A stretch of 64,000 bases of DNA from Candidatus Aminicenantes bacterium (lineage in GTDB: Bacteria; Acidobacteriota; Aminicenantia; Aminicenantales; JAFGBC01), in contig OY969696.1 in assembly GCA_963702005.1 (NCBI GenBank), forward strand, positions 1,056,001 to 1,120,000. Reading direction: 5' to 3'. This document shows positions 1 through 9,943 of the stretch, piece by piece. Under the pieces are notes generated by a model, which worked only from the letters and a program-made list of their open reading frames with translations, searched no databases and was not told the DNA's origin. The position numbers and the translations under genes are program-made. Position 1 is the first letter of the stretch. Each line of letters opens with the position of its first letter.

Positions 1-1
1 G

Positions 2-1294
2 GCATACTCCGTCGCCGTCGATAAGACCGGGGCCGCCTATGTCTTCGGCTATACCGAGAGCCTGGACTTTCCCCCGGTCAAAGTGACCAAGCCCCGGCAG
101 GATGTGTTCGTCACAAAGCTCGCGCCGGACGGGAAGAGCCTGGTCTATTCCGCTTTTTTCCCGAGTACGATTGATCAGGCCCGACTGCCCAAGCTGGCCG
201 TGGACGGGGCCGGAGCGGTCTATCTGGCCGGCATCGCCACCAGCCGCAATTTTCCGATCAAGAACGCGTTCCAAAAAACGTTCAAGGGCGACTGGGCGGA
301 CGCCTTCTTCCTGAAGCTGGCCCCTTCCGGAAAAAGCCTGGTCTTTTCCTCTTTTCTAGGGGGCAAGTCTTATGACAGCGGACTCTCCATCGCGGTCGAC
401 GCCGCGGGCTATATTTATGTCAGCGGCCAGACGGAGAGCGGGGATTTTCCCATCAAGAACGCGTTCCAGAGCAAACTGGGCGGCTTTTCGGATGTTTTCA
501 TCACCAAGTTCAAACCGGACGGCCGAACCCTCGTCTTCTCGACCTATCTAGGTTCGTTGGGCTTTGATACTTTCGGAGGCCTGGCCGTCGACAGCCAGGG
601 CGCGGTATTCGTCGCCGGCGGCACTAGCGGACCCGGCTTGCCCCTCAAGAATCCCTTCCAGAAAAAGTACGGGGGAGGCTATGATGACGCCTTTATTTCC
701 AAGCTGGCCCCTTCCGGCGACAAGCTCGTCTATTCCAGCTATCTGGGAGGGCCTCGGACCGATCGGGCTTGGGGCTTGGCCGTCGACGGCGCCGGCGCGG
801 CCTACCTCGTAGGGGGAACCAACAGCGGATTCCCGGTTAAGAACGCTTTCCAAAAAACCTACAGGGGATCCGATGAAGCCTTTGTTGCTAAAGTCAGCCC
901 CGACGGCACCAAGCTGGTTTATGCGAGCTATCTAGGCGGGTCGGGATCGGAAGCGGCCTTCGATGTCGTCGCGGACGGGACCGGCGCCGCCTATGTCGTC
1001 GGCTCAACCGAGAGCCGCGATTTCCCGCTCAAGAATCCCTACATGAACCGCCTGAAGGGAAGCTCGGACTGCTTCCTGACCGCCGTCGCGCCGAACGGCC
1101 AGAGCCTCATGCTGTCAACCTACCTGGGCGGCGAGTATCGAGACGAATGGGGCGGCGTGGCCATGGATTCCGCCGGAAATCTCTACTTCGTCTGCACGAC
1201 GAACAGCCCCGATCTGCCCGTTTACAAGGCCTATCAGAAGTCTTTTGCGGGTCTCGAAGACGGCTGCGTCCTGAAGCTCAAGATCGGCGATTAG
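2..1294 (+). CDS. SBBP (beta-propeller) repeat protein, 5'-truncated by window edge
   Basis: The frame is open from position 2 (AYSVAVDKTGAAYVFGYTES...). It has repeated YS(S/T)YLGG..D....AVD..GAAY..G.T.S.DFP units and closely resembles the C-terminal part of 1435..3501. Confidence 0.9.
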   Translation, partial: AYSVAVDKTGAAYVFGYTESLDFPPVKVTKPRQDVFVTKLAPDGKSLVYSAFFPSTIDQARLPKLAVDGAGAVYLAGIATSRNFPIKNAFQKTFKGDWADAFFLKLAPSGKSLVFSSFLGGKSYDSGLSIAVDAAGYIYVSGQTESGDFPIKNAFQSKLGGFSDVFITKFKPDGRTLVFSTYLGSLGFDTFGGLAVDSQGAVFVAGGTSGPGLPLKNPFQKKYGGGYDDAFISKLAPSGDKLVYSSYLGGPRTDRAWGLAVDGAGAAYLVGGTNSGFPVKNAFQKTYRGSDEAFVAKVSPDGTKLVYASYLGGSGSEAAFDVVADGTGAAYVVGSTESRDFPLKNPYMNRLKGSSDCFLTAVAPNGQSLMLSTYLGGEYRDEWGGVAMDSAGNLYFVCTTNSPDLPVYKAYQKSFAGLEDGCVLKLKIGD

Positions 1295-1369
1295 GTTGAG
1301 CCGGCGCCCCACAGCGGAGAACGGCGCGTCAAACGGCCTCGCTCCGTCAGGGCGGAGGATCCGGCCATA

Positions 1370-1399
1370 TTGACAGGGAGAACGCCCGACTCCTACAAT
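1370..1399 (+). promoter_or_regulatory. sigma70-like promoter
   Basis: TTGACA-N18-TACAAT, then AGGAGG RBS before ATG 1435. Confidence 0.65.
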
Positions 1400-1434
1400 G
1401 AGGCCATAGCCGATCGCGGCCAGGAGGGAAGCCC

Positions 1435-3501
1435 ATGAAGGGAAAAAGAGCCCAATTCTTTCTTTTTATCGGTCTGTCCGTCGTTCTGGGCGTATCGACC
1501 TCAGTATCGATGCCGTCCGCTCGGCTTGTGCCGGCTGGCGCCGGAGCCGACGCGCCGCTTTATTTCGTCCCCAACCGAGGACAGACCTCGCCGGAAGTCC
1601 TTTTCTACGCGCAGAAGCCCGGACTGACGTTGTGGCTGACTACGAAGGGCCTGGCTATTGATCGGTCGGACCCAGCCGGCGGACGGAGCTCGAAACGCGC
1701 CGTCTCGAGGCTGCTATTCCTCGGTGCCCGTAAAGACGCCCAAGCCTCGGCTCTCGATACGGCCGGATACGGCGTCAGCTACTTCTATGGCAGCGACGAG
1801 GCCGAATGGCGAACCGATATACCCACATCCAGGGCCGTCATTTACCGAGACGTTTACGACGGCATCGACCTTAAGGTCTACGGCAACGAGCGCGAAGTCG
1901 AATACGACTGGATCGTCCGGCCGGGCGCGGACCCCGCCCGGATCCGGTTCGCGATTGAAGGCGAAGAACGGGCGGCCCTGGATCGCGATGGGAACCTCGT
2001 CGTCGGGACTTCGCAGAGCGGGCTCAGAATCCTCAGGCCGGCGAGCTACCAGGTCCTCGACGGCCGGAAGGTGAAAGTCGCCTCGTCCTTCCGCGGAAGG
2101 GACGGCGCTTTCGGCTTCGAAATCGGTCCCTACGACCGGCGGTCCGCGCTCATCATCGATCCCCTCGTCCTTGCTTATTCAACCTATCTCGGCGGCAGGG
2201 GCGAGGAATGGGGCTACTCTATCGCCGTCGACGCGAGCGGGGCCGCCTACGTCGCCGGCTTCACCGATAGCCTGAACTTTCCTCCGGTCACCGTGACCAA
2301 GCCCCGGAAGGACGTGTTCGTATCCAAGCTCGCGTCGGACGGAAAGAGCCTACTCTATTCCGCCTTCTTCCCGAGCGACACCGATCAAGCCCGCCTGCCC
2401 AAGCTTATCGTGGATGGGACGGGCGCGGTCTATCTCGCCGGCGTCGCCGTGAGCCGTCAATTTCCAGTCAAGAACGCGTTCCAAAAAACGTTCAAGGGCG
2501 GCTGGTCGGACGCCTATTTCCTGAAGCTGGCTCCCTCCGGCAAGAGCCTGGTTTTTTCTTCCTACCTGGGGGGCAAGGGCTATGACAGCGGAATCGCCAT
2601 CGCGGTCGACGCCGCGGGATATGTCTTCGTCGGCGGCCAGACGGACAGCCGGGACTTTCCGGTTAAAAACGCCATCCAAAGTTCATCGGCCGGGCGCCGG
2701 GACGTCTTCATCGCCAAGTTCACGCCGGACGGCAAAAGCCTCGTCTTCGCGACCTATCTCGGTTCCTCGGGCGATGATGCGCTTGGGGGGCTGATCATCG
2801 ATGGTCAAGGGGCCGTCTACGTCACGGGCGGAGCCGGAGCCGGTTTTCCTTTGAAAAATCCCTTTCAGAAAACGTGGGGAGGCGGGGGTGAAGATGCTTT
2901 CATCTCCAAATTGGCCGCCTCCGGAGACAAGCTCGTCTATTCCAGCTATCTGGGCGGGCCGCAGTCCGAACGGGCTCAGGCGTTGGCGGTCGACGGCTCC
3001 GGCGCGGCATATATTACGGGCTATACGAACGGAGGTTTCCCGATAAAAAACGCCTTCCAGAAGTCCCGAAAGGGCTCGGAGGAGGGCTTCGTGACCAAAG
3101 TGGCTTCGGACGGGTCCGGCCTCGCCTATTCGACCTACCTGGGCGGATCGGGTTGGGACATGACCTTCGACATTGCCGTGGATGGGAAGGGCGCGGCCTA
3201 CGTCTTCGGGTCGACGGGGAGCCGCGATTTTCCCCTGAAAAATCCTTATCAAAGCGCGCTCAAGGGGAGACAGGACGCCTTCCTGATCGTCTTCGCGCCG
3301 AGCGGCAAGAGCCTTATCTCCTCGACGTTTCTGGGCGGCTTGTATCGAGAAGATTGGGGTGGGTTAGCCTTGGACTCAACGGGCGGGATTTATGTCGTCG
3401 GCACGACGAACAGCCCCGACTTCCCCGTGCTGAAAGCCTATCAAAAAGCGCTCGCCGGAGATTACGACGCGTTTGTCCTCAAGTTCGAGATGACGAAATA
3501 A
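1435..3501 (+). CDS. Secreted SBBP repeat protein with conserved N-terminal domain (FVPNRGQ...VEYDWIVRPGADP)
   Basis: Signal peptide, typical SBBP-associated N-terminal domain ending in IIDP, then about seven SBBP repeats. Confidence 0.9.
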   Translation: MKGKRAQFFLFIGLSVVLGVSTSVSMPSARLVPAGAGADAPLYFVPNRGQTSPEVLFYAQKPGLTLWLTTKGLAIDRSDPAGGRSSKRAVSRLLFLGARKDAQASALDTAGYGVSYFYGSDEAEWRTDIPTSRAVIYRDVYDGIDLKVYGNEREVEYDWIVRPGADPARIRFAIEGEERAALDRDGNLVVGTSQSGLRILRPASYQVLDGRKVKVASSFRGRDGAFGFEIGPYDRRSALIIDPLVLAYSTYLGGRGEEWGYSIAVDASGAAYVAGFTDSLNFPPVTVTKPRKDVFVSKLASDGKSLLYSAFFPSDTDQARLPKLIVDGTGAVYLAGVAVSRQFPVKNAFQKTFKGGWSDAYFLKLAPSGKSLVFSSYLGGKGYDSGIAIAVDAAGYVFVGGQTDSRDFPVKNAIQSSSAGRRDVFIAKFTPDGKSLVFATYLGSSGDDALGGLIIDGQGAVYVTGGAGAGFPLKNPFQKTWGGGGEDAFISKLAASGDKLVYSSYLGGPQSERAQALAVDGSGAAYITGYTNGGFPIKNAFQKSRKGSEEGFVTKVASDGSGLAYSTYLGGSGWDMTFDIAVDGKGAAYVFGSTGSRDFPLKNPYQSALKGRQDAFLIVFAPSGKSLISSTFLGGLYREDWGGLALDSTGGIYVVGTTNSPDFPVLKAYQKALAGDYDAFVLKFEMTK

Positions 3502-3540
3502 ACAGAAAAACCGCCGTCCAACGGCCTATTCCCCCGGTCT

Positions 3541-4605
3541 CTATTTGAACGCGAACCGTCTGGACACGAAAAGATCAACGCAGGACGCCACGGCCGCCGT
3601 ATCGTAGCAGACTCCCTGTTTCCGGGTAATTTCCCCCAGGATATCGTCGAGGGGATAGGCCGGCCGGTAAGGCCGGTGGGAGGACATCGCCTCGACGACG
3701 TCGGCGACCCGGATGATCCGGGCTTCGGGCAGAATATCCCTCCCGGACAAGCCGAGAGGATAGCCCGAACCGTCCATCTGCTCATGGTGTTGATAAACGA
3801 TATCCGCGACTCTCCAGGGGAATTGGATCGTTTTCAAGAGGTCATAGCCGATCTTGGGATGGGCCTTGACCAAGTCGTACTCGAAGCAGGTCAACCGCCC
3901 GGGCTTGCAGAGAATATCGGCTGGGATGGAGATCTTCCCGATGTCGTGGATGGCGCCCGCGATTCGAATCCCTTCAATCTGTTCCTTGGGCAAACCCATG
4001 TTCGTGGCCATGGACCGGGCCAGATCGGCGACCCGCCGCTGATGCCCGGCCGTGCAGGGATCCCGGAACTCGACGACGGATTCGGAAAGCTCGATGACCC
4101 CGCCCAAGGCGACCCTGAGATTTTTCAGGGTTTGTTTAAGCTCCTCCTCCGTCCGCCGGACGGCGCCGCGCGTGCGCAGGGCCATGACGCCGAACGACAC
4201 GAGATCGGCCAGCTCGGTCAGGATCGCGACTTCCTCGTCGGGGATGGCGCCGCGCCCGGGAGGGAAAATCTCCAATACGCCGATGGAAATATCCATCGTC
4301 TTCAAGGGGAGCTTCAGCGGAGAGGGGGCCATCAGCGGGCGGCCGACATCCTCCTCGGCCCGCGCGACGGCCCGATAGGTAATGCCGTCGTCGTCCACTC
4401 TGCCGACCCGGGCCAGGCCGTAGCCGCCGCTCTCGACCAGGATCCGGCAGACCTCGTTCAGGAGCGCCGATTCATCGGTCGCCCCGACGAGGGCCTTGTT
4501 ACAGCGGAAGAAGGTCCGGCAGAACCTTTCGCTCTCCCGGAGTCGATCTTCCGACCGCCTGAGTTCTTCCCGCAGAGATGTCCGCTTTTGTTTTTTTATA
4601 GACAT
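3541..4605 (-). CDS. GAF-like + HD-GYP domain protein (cyclic di-nucleotide phosphodiesterase)
   Basis: HDIGKISIP and HHEQMDGSGYP motifs, RPYRPA. Start taken as MSIKKQ at 4605 because the longer ORF overlaps the hppA leader. Confidence 0.85.
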   Translation of the reverse strand: MSIKKQKRTSLREELRRSEDRLRESERFCRTFFRCNKALVGATDESALLNEVCRILVESGGYGLARVGRVDDDGITYRAVARAEEDVGRPLMAPSPLKLPLKTMDISIGVLEIFPPGRGAIPDEEVAILTELADLVSFGVMALRTRGAVRRTEEELKQTLKNLRVALGGVIELSESVVEFRDPCTAGHQRRVADLARSMATNMGLPKEQIEGIRIAGAIHDIGKISIPADILCKPGRLTCFEYDLVKAHPKIGYDLLKTIQFPWRVADIVYQHHEQMDGSGYPLGLSGRDILPEARIIRVADVVEAMSSHRPYRPAYPLDDILGEITRKQGVCYDTAAVASCVDLFVSRRFAFK

Positions 4606-4813
4606 ATTTTGCCCCGCATTTATTTTGTCGTCCCGGAACTCGAAAAATTGAAAAATCGCCGAAAATGGTTGATTTTTCCGCCGGCTTATGTAAAATAGGC
4701 CCTCGAAATCTCGAGAGTCCTTGGCGTCCCCGCCCAGAGCCGAGTGCGTTCGACCTCTCAGGGGAGATGCGACGGCATTGACGGCGGGATGAGGTCGGGG
4801 CGGGGAGTCGAAC

Positions 4814-7183
4814 ATGAATATTCTGGGTCTGGCCCGGCACGGGCTGAACTCGTTCGAACAGATCGCGATCCTGGGCGTCCTTTTCACGGCTTTCTTCAGC
4901 CTCTTTTACGCCTGGATGCTGCGCAAGGCCGTCCTCAAGAAGGATAAGGGCACGGCCAAGATGCAGGAGGTCTGGAACGCCATCCGCATCGGCGCGGACA
5001 GCTACCTCAACCGCCAGCTCCGTAGGATCCTCCCCATAATCGGGATCCTCACGGTCGCCCTGTTCCTCAGCGTCTATATCGTTCCGGCCAGCCGTGAAGC
5101 CGTCCGCGAATTCGGCGAGCACAACGCCCAGATCATCGTGGCCATCGGCCGGACGATCGCCTTCATCATGGGCGCCTCGTTCTCCCTCCTGGTCGGGCAG
5201 CTCGGCATGCGGATGGCCATCCAGGCCAATGTCCGGGCCGCTTCGGCCGCCCGCCGGGGCTTCAACGAGGCCCTCTCCATCGCCTACTACGCGGGCACGA
5301 TAACGGGCATGCTGACGGACGGCCTGGGGCTGTTCGGCGGCACGATCATCTTCATCGTCTTCGGGACGGCCGCGCCGGACGCCCTGCTCGGCTTCGGCTT
5401 CGGCGGGACGCTCCTCGCCCTGTTCATGCGGGTCGGCGGCGGCATTTACACCAAGGCGGCCGACGTCGGCGCCGACCTCGTCGGCAAGGTCGAGAAAGAC
5501 ATCCCCGAGGACGATCCGCGGAACGCGGCGGTCATCGCCGACCTCGTCGGCGACAACGTCGGCGACTGCGCCGGAATGGCCGCGGACATCTTCGAATCCT
5601 ATGAGGTGACCATCGTCTCCGGGCTGATCCTGGGGCTGGCCCTCATGGCCATCGATCCCAGCCATTCCCTGAAGTGGATCGTCTATCCTCTCATCATCCG
5701 GGCCATCGGCGTCATCTCCTCCATCCTGGGCACGTTCACGGTCCCGATCTGGGAACGTTTCCCGCTCAAGTTCCTCCGGGCCAAGGACGCCAAGGAAGCC
5801 ATGTTCCGGTCGTATGAGGTCTCGAGCGTCAACACGATTTTCTGGTCTTTCCTCGTGGCCATCAACTACGCCCACGACTGGCGGCTGGCCATGCTGACCT
5901 CGGTCGGCGTCGGGTTGGCCGTGGCCTTCAACCCGCTGACCTCCTACTTCACCTCGACCCGAAAGAATCCGGTCAAGGAGATCGTCCGTTCGACCAAGAC
6001 CGGGCCGGCGACCACCATCCTCTCCGGTCTGTCCGTGGGGATGGAGTCGAGCGTCTGGGCCGTCGTGGCCATCGCCGTGAGCTTCATCATCGCCCTGGTC
6101 CTCTACAGCGGCACCGGCGCGACCTACGTCCTCTACGCCGTGGCCATGGTCGGCATCGGGATGCTCAGCCATACGGGCAACAACGTGGCCATGGATTCCT
6201 ACGGCCCGATCTCCGACAACGCCAACGGCATCGGCGAAATGGCCTGGCACGACTTGAACGATGAAGAGACAAAGAAAGCCCGTCAGATCATGGCCGACCT
6301 CGACGCCGTAGGGAACACGACCAAGGCCATCACCAAGGGGGTGGCTATCGCCTCGGCGGTCATCGCGGCCGTGAGCCTCTTCGCCTCCTATATCACGGAC
6401 GTCGGCCGCGTCCAGCTCCAACTCGGCATGGCCAAGGTCATGGACTCAATCCGCGTCTCCGACACCAAGGTCTTCGTCGGCCTGCTCCTGGGCGGCGCCC
6501 TGCCCTGGCTGTTCAGCTCTCTGTCGATCAAGGCCGTCTCGCGCGCGGCCGGCCTCATCGTCGAGGAAGTCCGGCGCCAGTTCCGGATCCCGGGCATGAT
6601 GGAAGGCAAGGTCAAGCCGGACTACGCCCGGGCCGTCGGGATCTCCACGGTCGCTGCCCAGAAGGAGCTCATCCCGCTGGCCATGATCTCGGTCCTGATG
6701 CCGATCGCGGTCGGCCTCATCCTCCAGGTCGAGGCCCTGGGCGGGTTCCTCGCGGGCATCATCCTGAGCGGCCAGCTCCTGGCGGTCTTCATGGCCAACG
6801 CGGGCGGCGCCTGGGATAACGCCAAGAAATCGATCGAGGACGAGCCCCGGGATATCAAGGCCAACACCGGGAAGGGCTCCGAGCGGCACAAGGCGGGCGT
6901 CGTCGGCGACACGGTCGGCGATCCCCTTAAGGACACGGCCGGGCCCGCCCTCAACCCGATGATCAAGGTCACGAACATCGTCAGCCTGATCATGGCGCCG
7001 GTGATCGTCAAGTACAGCCACATGAGCCTCGGCCTCGTCCTGGTCGTCGCGGTCCTGCTCGCCGGCGTCGTCTGGGCCATCCTGAAGAGCAAGAGGGAGG
7101 CCCCGTCGCTGTTCGCCGAGGAGAAGAAGTCCCCCGAAACTCCCGCGGCCGTTGCTCCGGCCGTCAAGAAAAAACGCCGCTGA
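4814..7183 (+). CDS. hppA: Membrane H+-translocating pyrophosphatase, K+-independent type
   Basis: GGGIYTKAADVGADLVGKVE, DNVGDCAGMAAD and GDTVGDPLKD motifs. GNTTKA (Lys) is the K+-independent signature. Confidence 0.93.
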   Translation: MNILGLARHGLNSFEQIAILGVLFTAFFSLFYAWMLRKAVLKKDKGTAKMQEVWNAIRIGADSYLNRQLRRILPIIGILTVALFLSVYIVPASREAVREFGEHNAQIIVAIGRTIAFIMGASFSLLVGQLGMRMAIQANVRAASAARRGFNEALSIAYYAGTITGMLTDGLGLFGGTIIFIVFGTAAPDALLGFGFGGTLLALFMRVGGGIYTKAADVGADLVGKVEKDIPEDDPRNAAVIADLVGDNVGDCAGMAADIFESYEVTIVSGLILGLALMAIDPSHSLKWIVYPLIIRAIGVISSILGTFTVPIWERFPLKFLRAKDAKEAMFRSYEVSSVNTIFWSFLVAINYAHDWRLAMLTSVGVGLAVAFNPLTSYFTSTRKNPVKEIVRSTKTGPATTILSGLSVGMESSVWAVVAIAVSFIIALVLYSGTGATYVLYAVAMVGIGMLSHTGNNVAMDSYGPISDNANGIGEMAWHDLNDEETKKARQIMADLDAVGNTTKAITKGVAIASAVIAAVSLFASYITDVGRVQLQLGMAKVMDSIRVSDTKVFVGLLLGGALPWLFSSLSIKAVSRAAGLIVEEVRRQFRIPGMMEGKVKPDYARAVGISTVAAQKELIPLAMISVLMPIAVGLILQVEALGGFLAGIILSGQLLAVFMANAGGAWDNAKKSIEDEPRDIKANTGKGSERHKAGVVGDTVGDPLKDTAGPALNPMIKVTNIVSLIMAPVIVKYSHMSLGLVLVVAVLLAGVVWAILKSKREAPSLFAEEKKSPETPAAVAPAVKKKRR

Positions 7184-7189
7184 TATTCG

Positions 7190-7244
7190 GAATTCTGGGG
7201 ACATGAACCGAACTTCTTAGTTCGGTATCGTGTCCCCAGAATTC
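7190..7244 (+). repeat. REP-like palindrome family A, copy 1
   Basis: GAATTCTGGGGACA-TGA-ACCGAACT-TCTT-AGTTCGGT-ATCG-TGTCCCCAGAATTC between the convergent stops of hppA and the GH gene. Confidence 0.9.
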
Positions 7245-7247
7245 ATT

Positions 7248-9617
7248 TCACTGCGCGCTGCGGATCGTCCGGATCCCGAAAACGGGACCGGCCATGTTTC
7301 CGGGCTGCGCCTGGAATTTGACCGTCAGCGACGATTTCCCGTTCGTCAACTCGCGCGGGATCTCGTAGCGGACGTCGAGGAAGCTCCCCTCTTTTTTATT
7401 CGAGATATTCTCGCTGGCGATGACCCGGCCGTTGATGAGGATGTCGAACGTCTTCTTTCCCGGAAAGCCTCCCCAGTATTCCACGACCAGGGCGCAGGGC
7501 AGATCGGGATTGACCTTGATCCGGTAAGAGAACCAGCCGTCCCGCGCCTCCCGGCTGGGCCTGTCCTTGAAGCGGTCGGGGTTCGTTTTCTCACCCTGGA
7601 ACTCGTGGTCGCGCTCGGGCTGCATCTCGCCCGGCTGGACGAAGTCGATCGTGGCCGCCTCGAGCGCTTTTTTCCTCTCGACCTCGGCCCGGTACTCCGC
7701 CTGGCGGGACTGCCAGCCCTCCTCGCTGAACAGGTCCCAGTAGATCGAATAGCGCCGATCGTGCGTCGCGTAGAACGGCTTGAGGACGACGTCGCGCGGC
7801 CGGCCGACGCCCTTGGTGCGGAACGTGTTAGGCGACCCCGCCACGGGCTCGGTCCAGTCGGCGGGCGAGCGGTCCGCCGTCATGAACACGGGAACGTACA
7901 TCGCGTCCCGCGCCGCGGGGTCCTGCTCGGGCCCGAGGTCGCCGGCCAGGACGAGGGGGCCGTACATGACGGCGGCCCGGTCGGGGTCGTCGGGCATGGA
8001 TTCGAGGCGGAGCGTGAAGGGGAGCTTGACCTCGACCCGGTCCCCCGTCTTCCAGGTCCCGCGGACGGCCACGAAGCGGCCCGCCGGCGGATCGACCCGC
8101 CGGCTCTCGCCGTTGACGAGAATCTCCATCCCCTTCTCGGCCCAGCGCGGGTAGCGGATGTTGAGCGTCAGGGCAACGGGCTTGTCGCAGCGGAATTCGA
8201 GGGTCGTTCCCTGCTCGTCGGGATAGGCGGTCTTCTGAGTGATGACCATGCCTTTTTCGCGCCAGGTCAGCTCGGCGGCGATGAACTGGCTGACGAACAA
8301 CTCCTCGTTGTTGTGATAAAAGATCGCTCCGCCGTATTTGGAGTGGTTCTCCATCCCGGTCCCGATGCAGCAGGTGAACCATTCCGGATCCTGGTAGGCC
8401 TTGAAGCCCCCCATCTCCAAAGACAGGTTGTAAACGACGCGGCCGTCCCCCGGATGCTGGGAGGACAGGATATGGTTGAAGAGGGCCCGCTCGTAAAAAT
8501 CGGCGACGTCGGCCGACGCTTCCCAACTGAAGAGGTGTTCGGAGAGCTTGAGCATATTATAGACGTTGCAGGTCTCGGTCGTGCTTTCGTCCAATCGGTC
8601 CCGCAGCTTGTCGGGCTCGCCGAAATATTCGTTGTCTCCGTGGCCGCCCGTGACGTAGGAGTGGTGATGGACGACCCGGTCCCAGAAGAACTCGGCCGCC
8701 TTCCGGTCCGTCGCGTCCCCGCTGAGCTCGTAGCGGCGGGCCAGCCCGATGAGCTTGGGGATATTCGTGTTGCCGTGCTTGCCGGGCAGAATGTCGACGC
8801 CGGCGGCCAGCGGATCGAGGATGGCCTTGTGCTGGAAGGTTCGAGACAAACGGAGCCAGCGCTCGTCGCCCGTATCGGCGTAGAGGTCGGCCAGGACTTC
8901 GTTGATGCCGCCGTGCTCGCAGGCCAACATGGTCTGGATTTGGTCTGGCGTCAATCCCTTCACGACGCCCTCGATCCAGCCGGCCAGCTTCAGGGCGATC
9001 TCGAGGGCCGTTTTGTTTCCGCAGAGCCGATAGGCGTCCCTGAGTCCGGCCAGGACTTTATGATGGACGTAGAACGGCACCCACAGCCCGTTGAGGTCGA
9101 ACCCCTTGGAGCGGATGTTCCCCTTGGCGACTTCATCCATGAGGATCCGTTTGCCGTTCGGGATGGCCCCGACATACCCGTCGGGGTCCGCGTCCTGGCA
9201 GATCTTAAGCTGCCCGACGATATAATCGACTCGTTCCAGGAACTGCTTATCGCCCGTCGCCCGGTACATGATGGCGCAGGCGCTCAGATAATGGCCCAGG
9301 CTGTGGCCCGCGATCGTGTCGCGTTCCCAGCCGCCGTAGGGCTCGGCCTTGGGCTTGAGTCCCGCCTCGCTGAAGAACTTCGAGAGCAGACGGTCGGGCT
9401 GATAACGAAGCAGGGAGGCGCGATTGAGCTCGAGGGCGTGCTTGAACGGCCCGTCAAGGAGCTTGACGTCCTTCAGGTCGAAAGCGAGCGCCCGGAACGG
9501 CACGACTTCGCGTCCGTCGGTCTTGATGGTGGGCGTGCCCCGCTCTTGACAGGCGGCGAGAAGGGATAGAAGGAAGAGAGCCTGTAACGAGAAAATAGTC
9601 CTGGCCGTCTTCGGCAT
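7248..9617 (-). CDS. Beta-L-arabinofuranosidase-like glycoside hydrolase lipoprotein (GH127/GH146 clan, probably GH146)
   Basis: EHGGINE, HGNTNIPK, ETCNVYNMLK and FTCCIGTG motifs, LAAC lipobox. Start MPKTART at 9617 has a GGAGAGG RBS. Confidence 0.88.
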   Translation of the reverse strand: MPKTARTIFSLQALFLLSLLAACQERGTPTIKTDGREVVPFRALAFDLKDVKLLDGPFKHALELNRASLLRYQPDRLLSKFFSEAGLKPKAEPYGGWERDTIAGHSLGHYLSACAIMYRATGDKQFLERVDYIVGQLKICQDADPDGYVGAIPNGKRILMDEVAKGNIRSKGFDLNGLWVPFYVHHKVLAGLRDAYRLCGNKTALEIALKLAGWIEGVVKGLTPDQIQTMLACEHGGINEVLADLYADTGDERWLRLSRTFQHKAILDPLAAGVDILPGKHGNTNIPKLIGLARRYELSGDATDRKAAEFFWDRVVHHHSYVTGGHGDNEYFGEPDKLRDRLDESTTETCNVYNMLKLSEHLFSWEASADVADFYERALFNHILSSQHPGDGRVVYNLSLEMGGFKAYQDPEWFTCCIGTGMENHSKYGGAIFYHNNEELFVSQFIAAELTWREKGMVITQKTAYPDEQGTTLEFRCDKPVALTLNIRYPRWAEKGMEILVNGESRRVDPPAGRFVAVRGTWKTGDRVEVKLPFTLRLESMPDDPDRAAVMYGPLVLAGDLGPEQDPAARDAMYVPVFMTADRSPADWTEPVAGSPNTFRTKGVGRPRDVVLKPFYATHDRRYSIYWDLFSEEGWQSRQAEYRAEVERKKALEAATIDFVQPGEMQPERDHEFQGEKTNPDRFKDRPSREARDGWFSYRIKVNPDLPCALVVEYWGGFPGKKTFDILINGRVIASENISNKKEGSFLDVRYEIPRELTNGKSSLTVKFQAQPGNMAGPVFGIRTIRSAQ

Positions 9618-9702
9618 GATCACCTCTCCTGGCGCGTGACTGGGGCCGGCCGAATCCGGTGGCCTCCCTACGGGAAGCCATCGGAAGCGGCGGCCTTGGA
9701 CT

Positions 9703-9731
9703 AGGATAGCCATACGCGCCGTGTACGTCAA
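9703..9731 (-). promoter_or_regulatory. sigma70-like promoter of the GH gene
   Basis: TTGACG-N17-TATCCT on the minus strand. Confidence 0.55.
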
Positions 9732-9746
9732 CGCAAAAGACAACTG

Positions 9747-9801
9747 GAATTCTGGGGACATGAACCGAATCTCTTGATTCGGTATCGTGTCCCCAGAATT
9801 C
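9747..9801 (+). repeat. REP-like palindrome family A, copy 2
   Basis: Identical to copy 1 except for the inner stem, ACCGAATC-TCTT-GATTCGGT. Confidence 0.9.
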
Positions 9802-9889
9802 TGTGTCCCAGGTCGTTTAAATTTTCTGAAGCTAGGGCGAGGGATAGTCGATGAAGAAGGCCGTATGAGAGGCGGAGCGGGCATAGTCT

Positions 9890-9940
9890 GATTTGGGGAC
9901 ACGTTACCGATTTAAGAAAATCGGCACATGTCCCCAAATC
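9890..9940 (-). repeat. REP-like palindrome family A, copy 3 (inverted)
   Basis: Minus strand reads GATTTGGGGACATGTG-CCGATTT-TCTT-AAATCGG-TAACGTGTCCCCAAATC. Confidence 0.85.
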
Positions 9941-9943
9941 TCA

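Noticed and set aside
7190-9940. Family A hairpins as CRISPR repeats or integron attC sites
   Set aside because: No regular repeat-spacer period, no cas or integrase gene in the window, and no RYYYAAC/GTTRRRY boxes.
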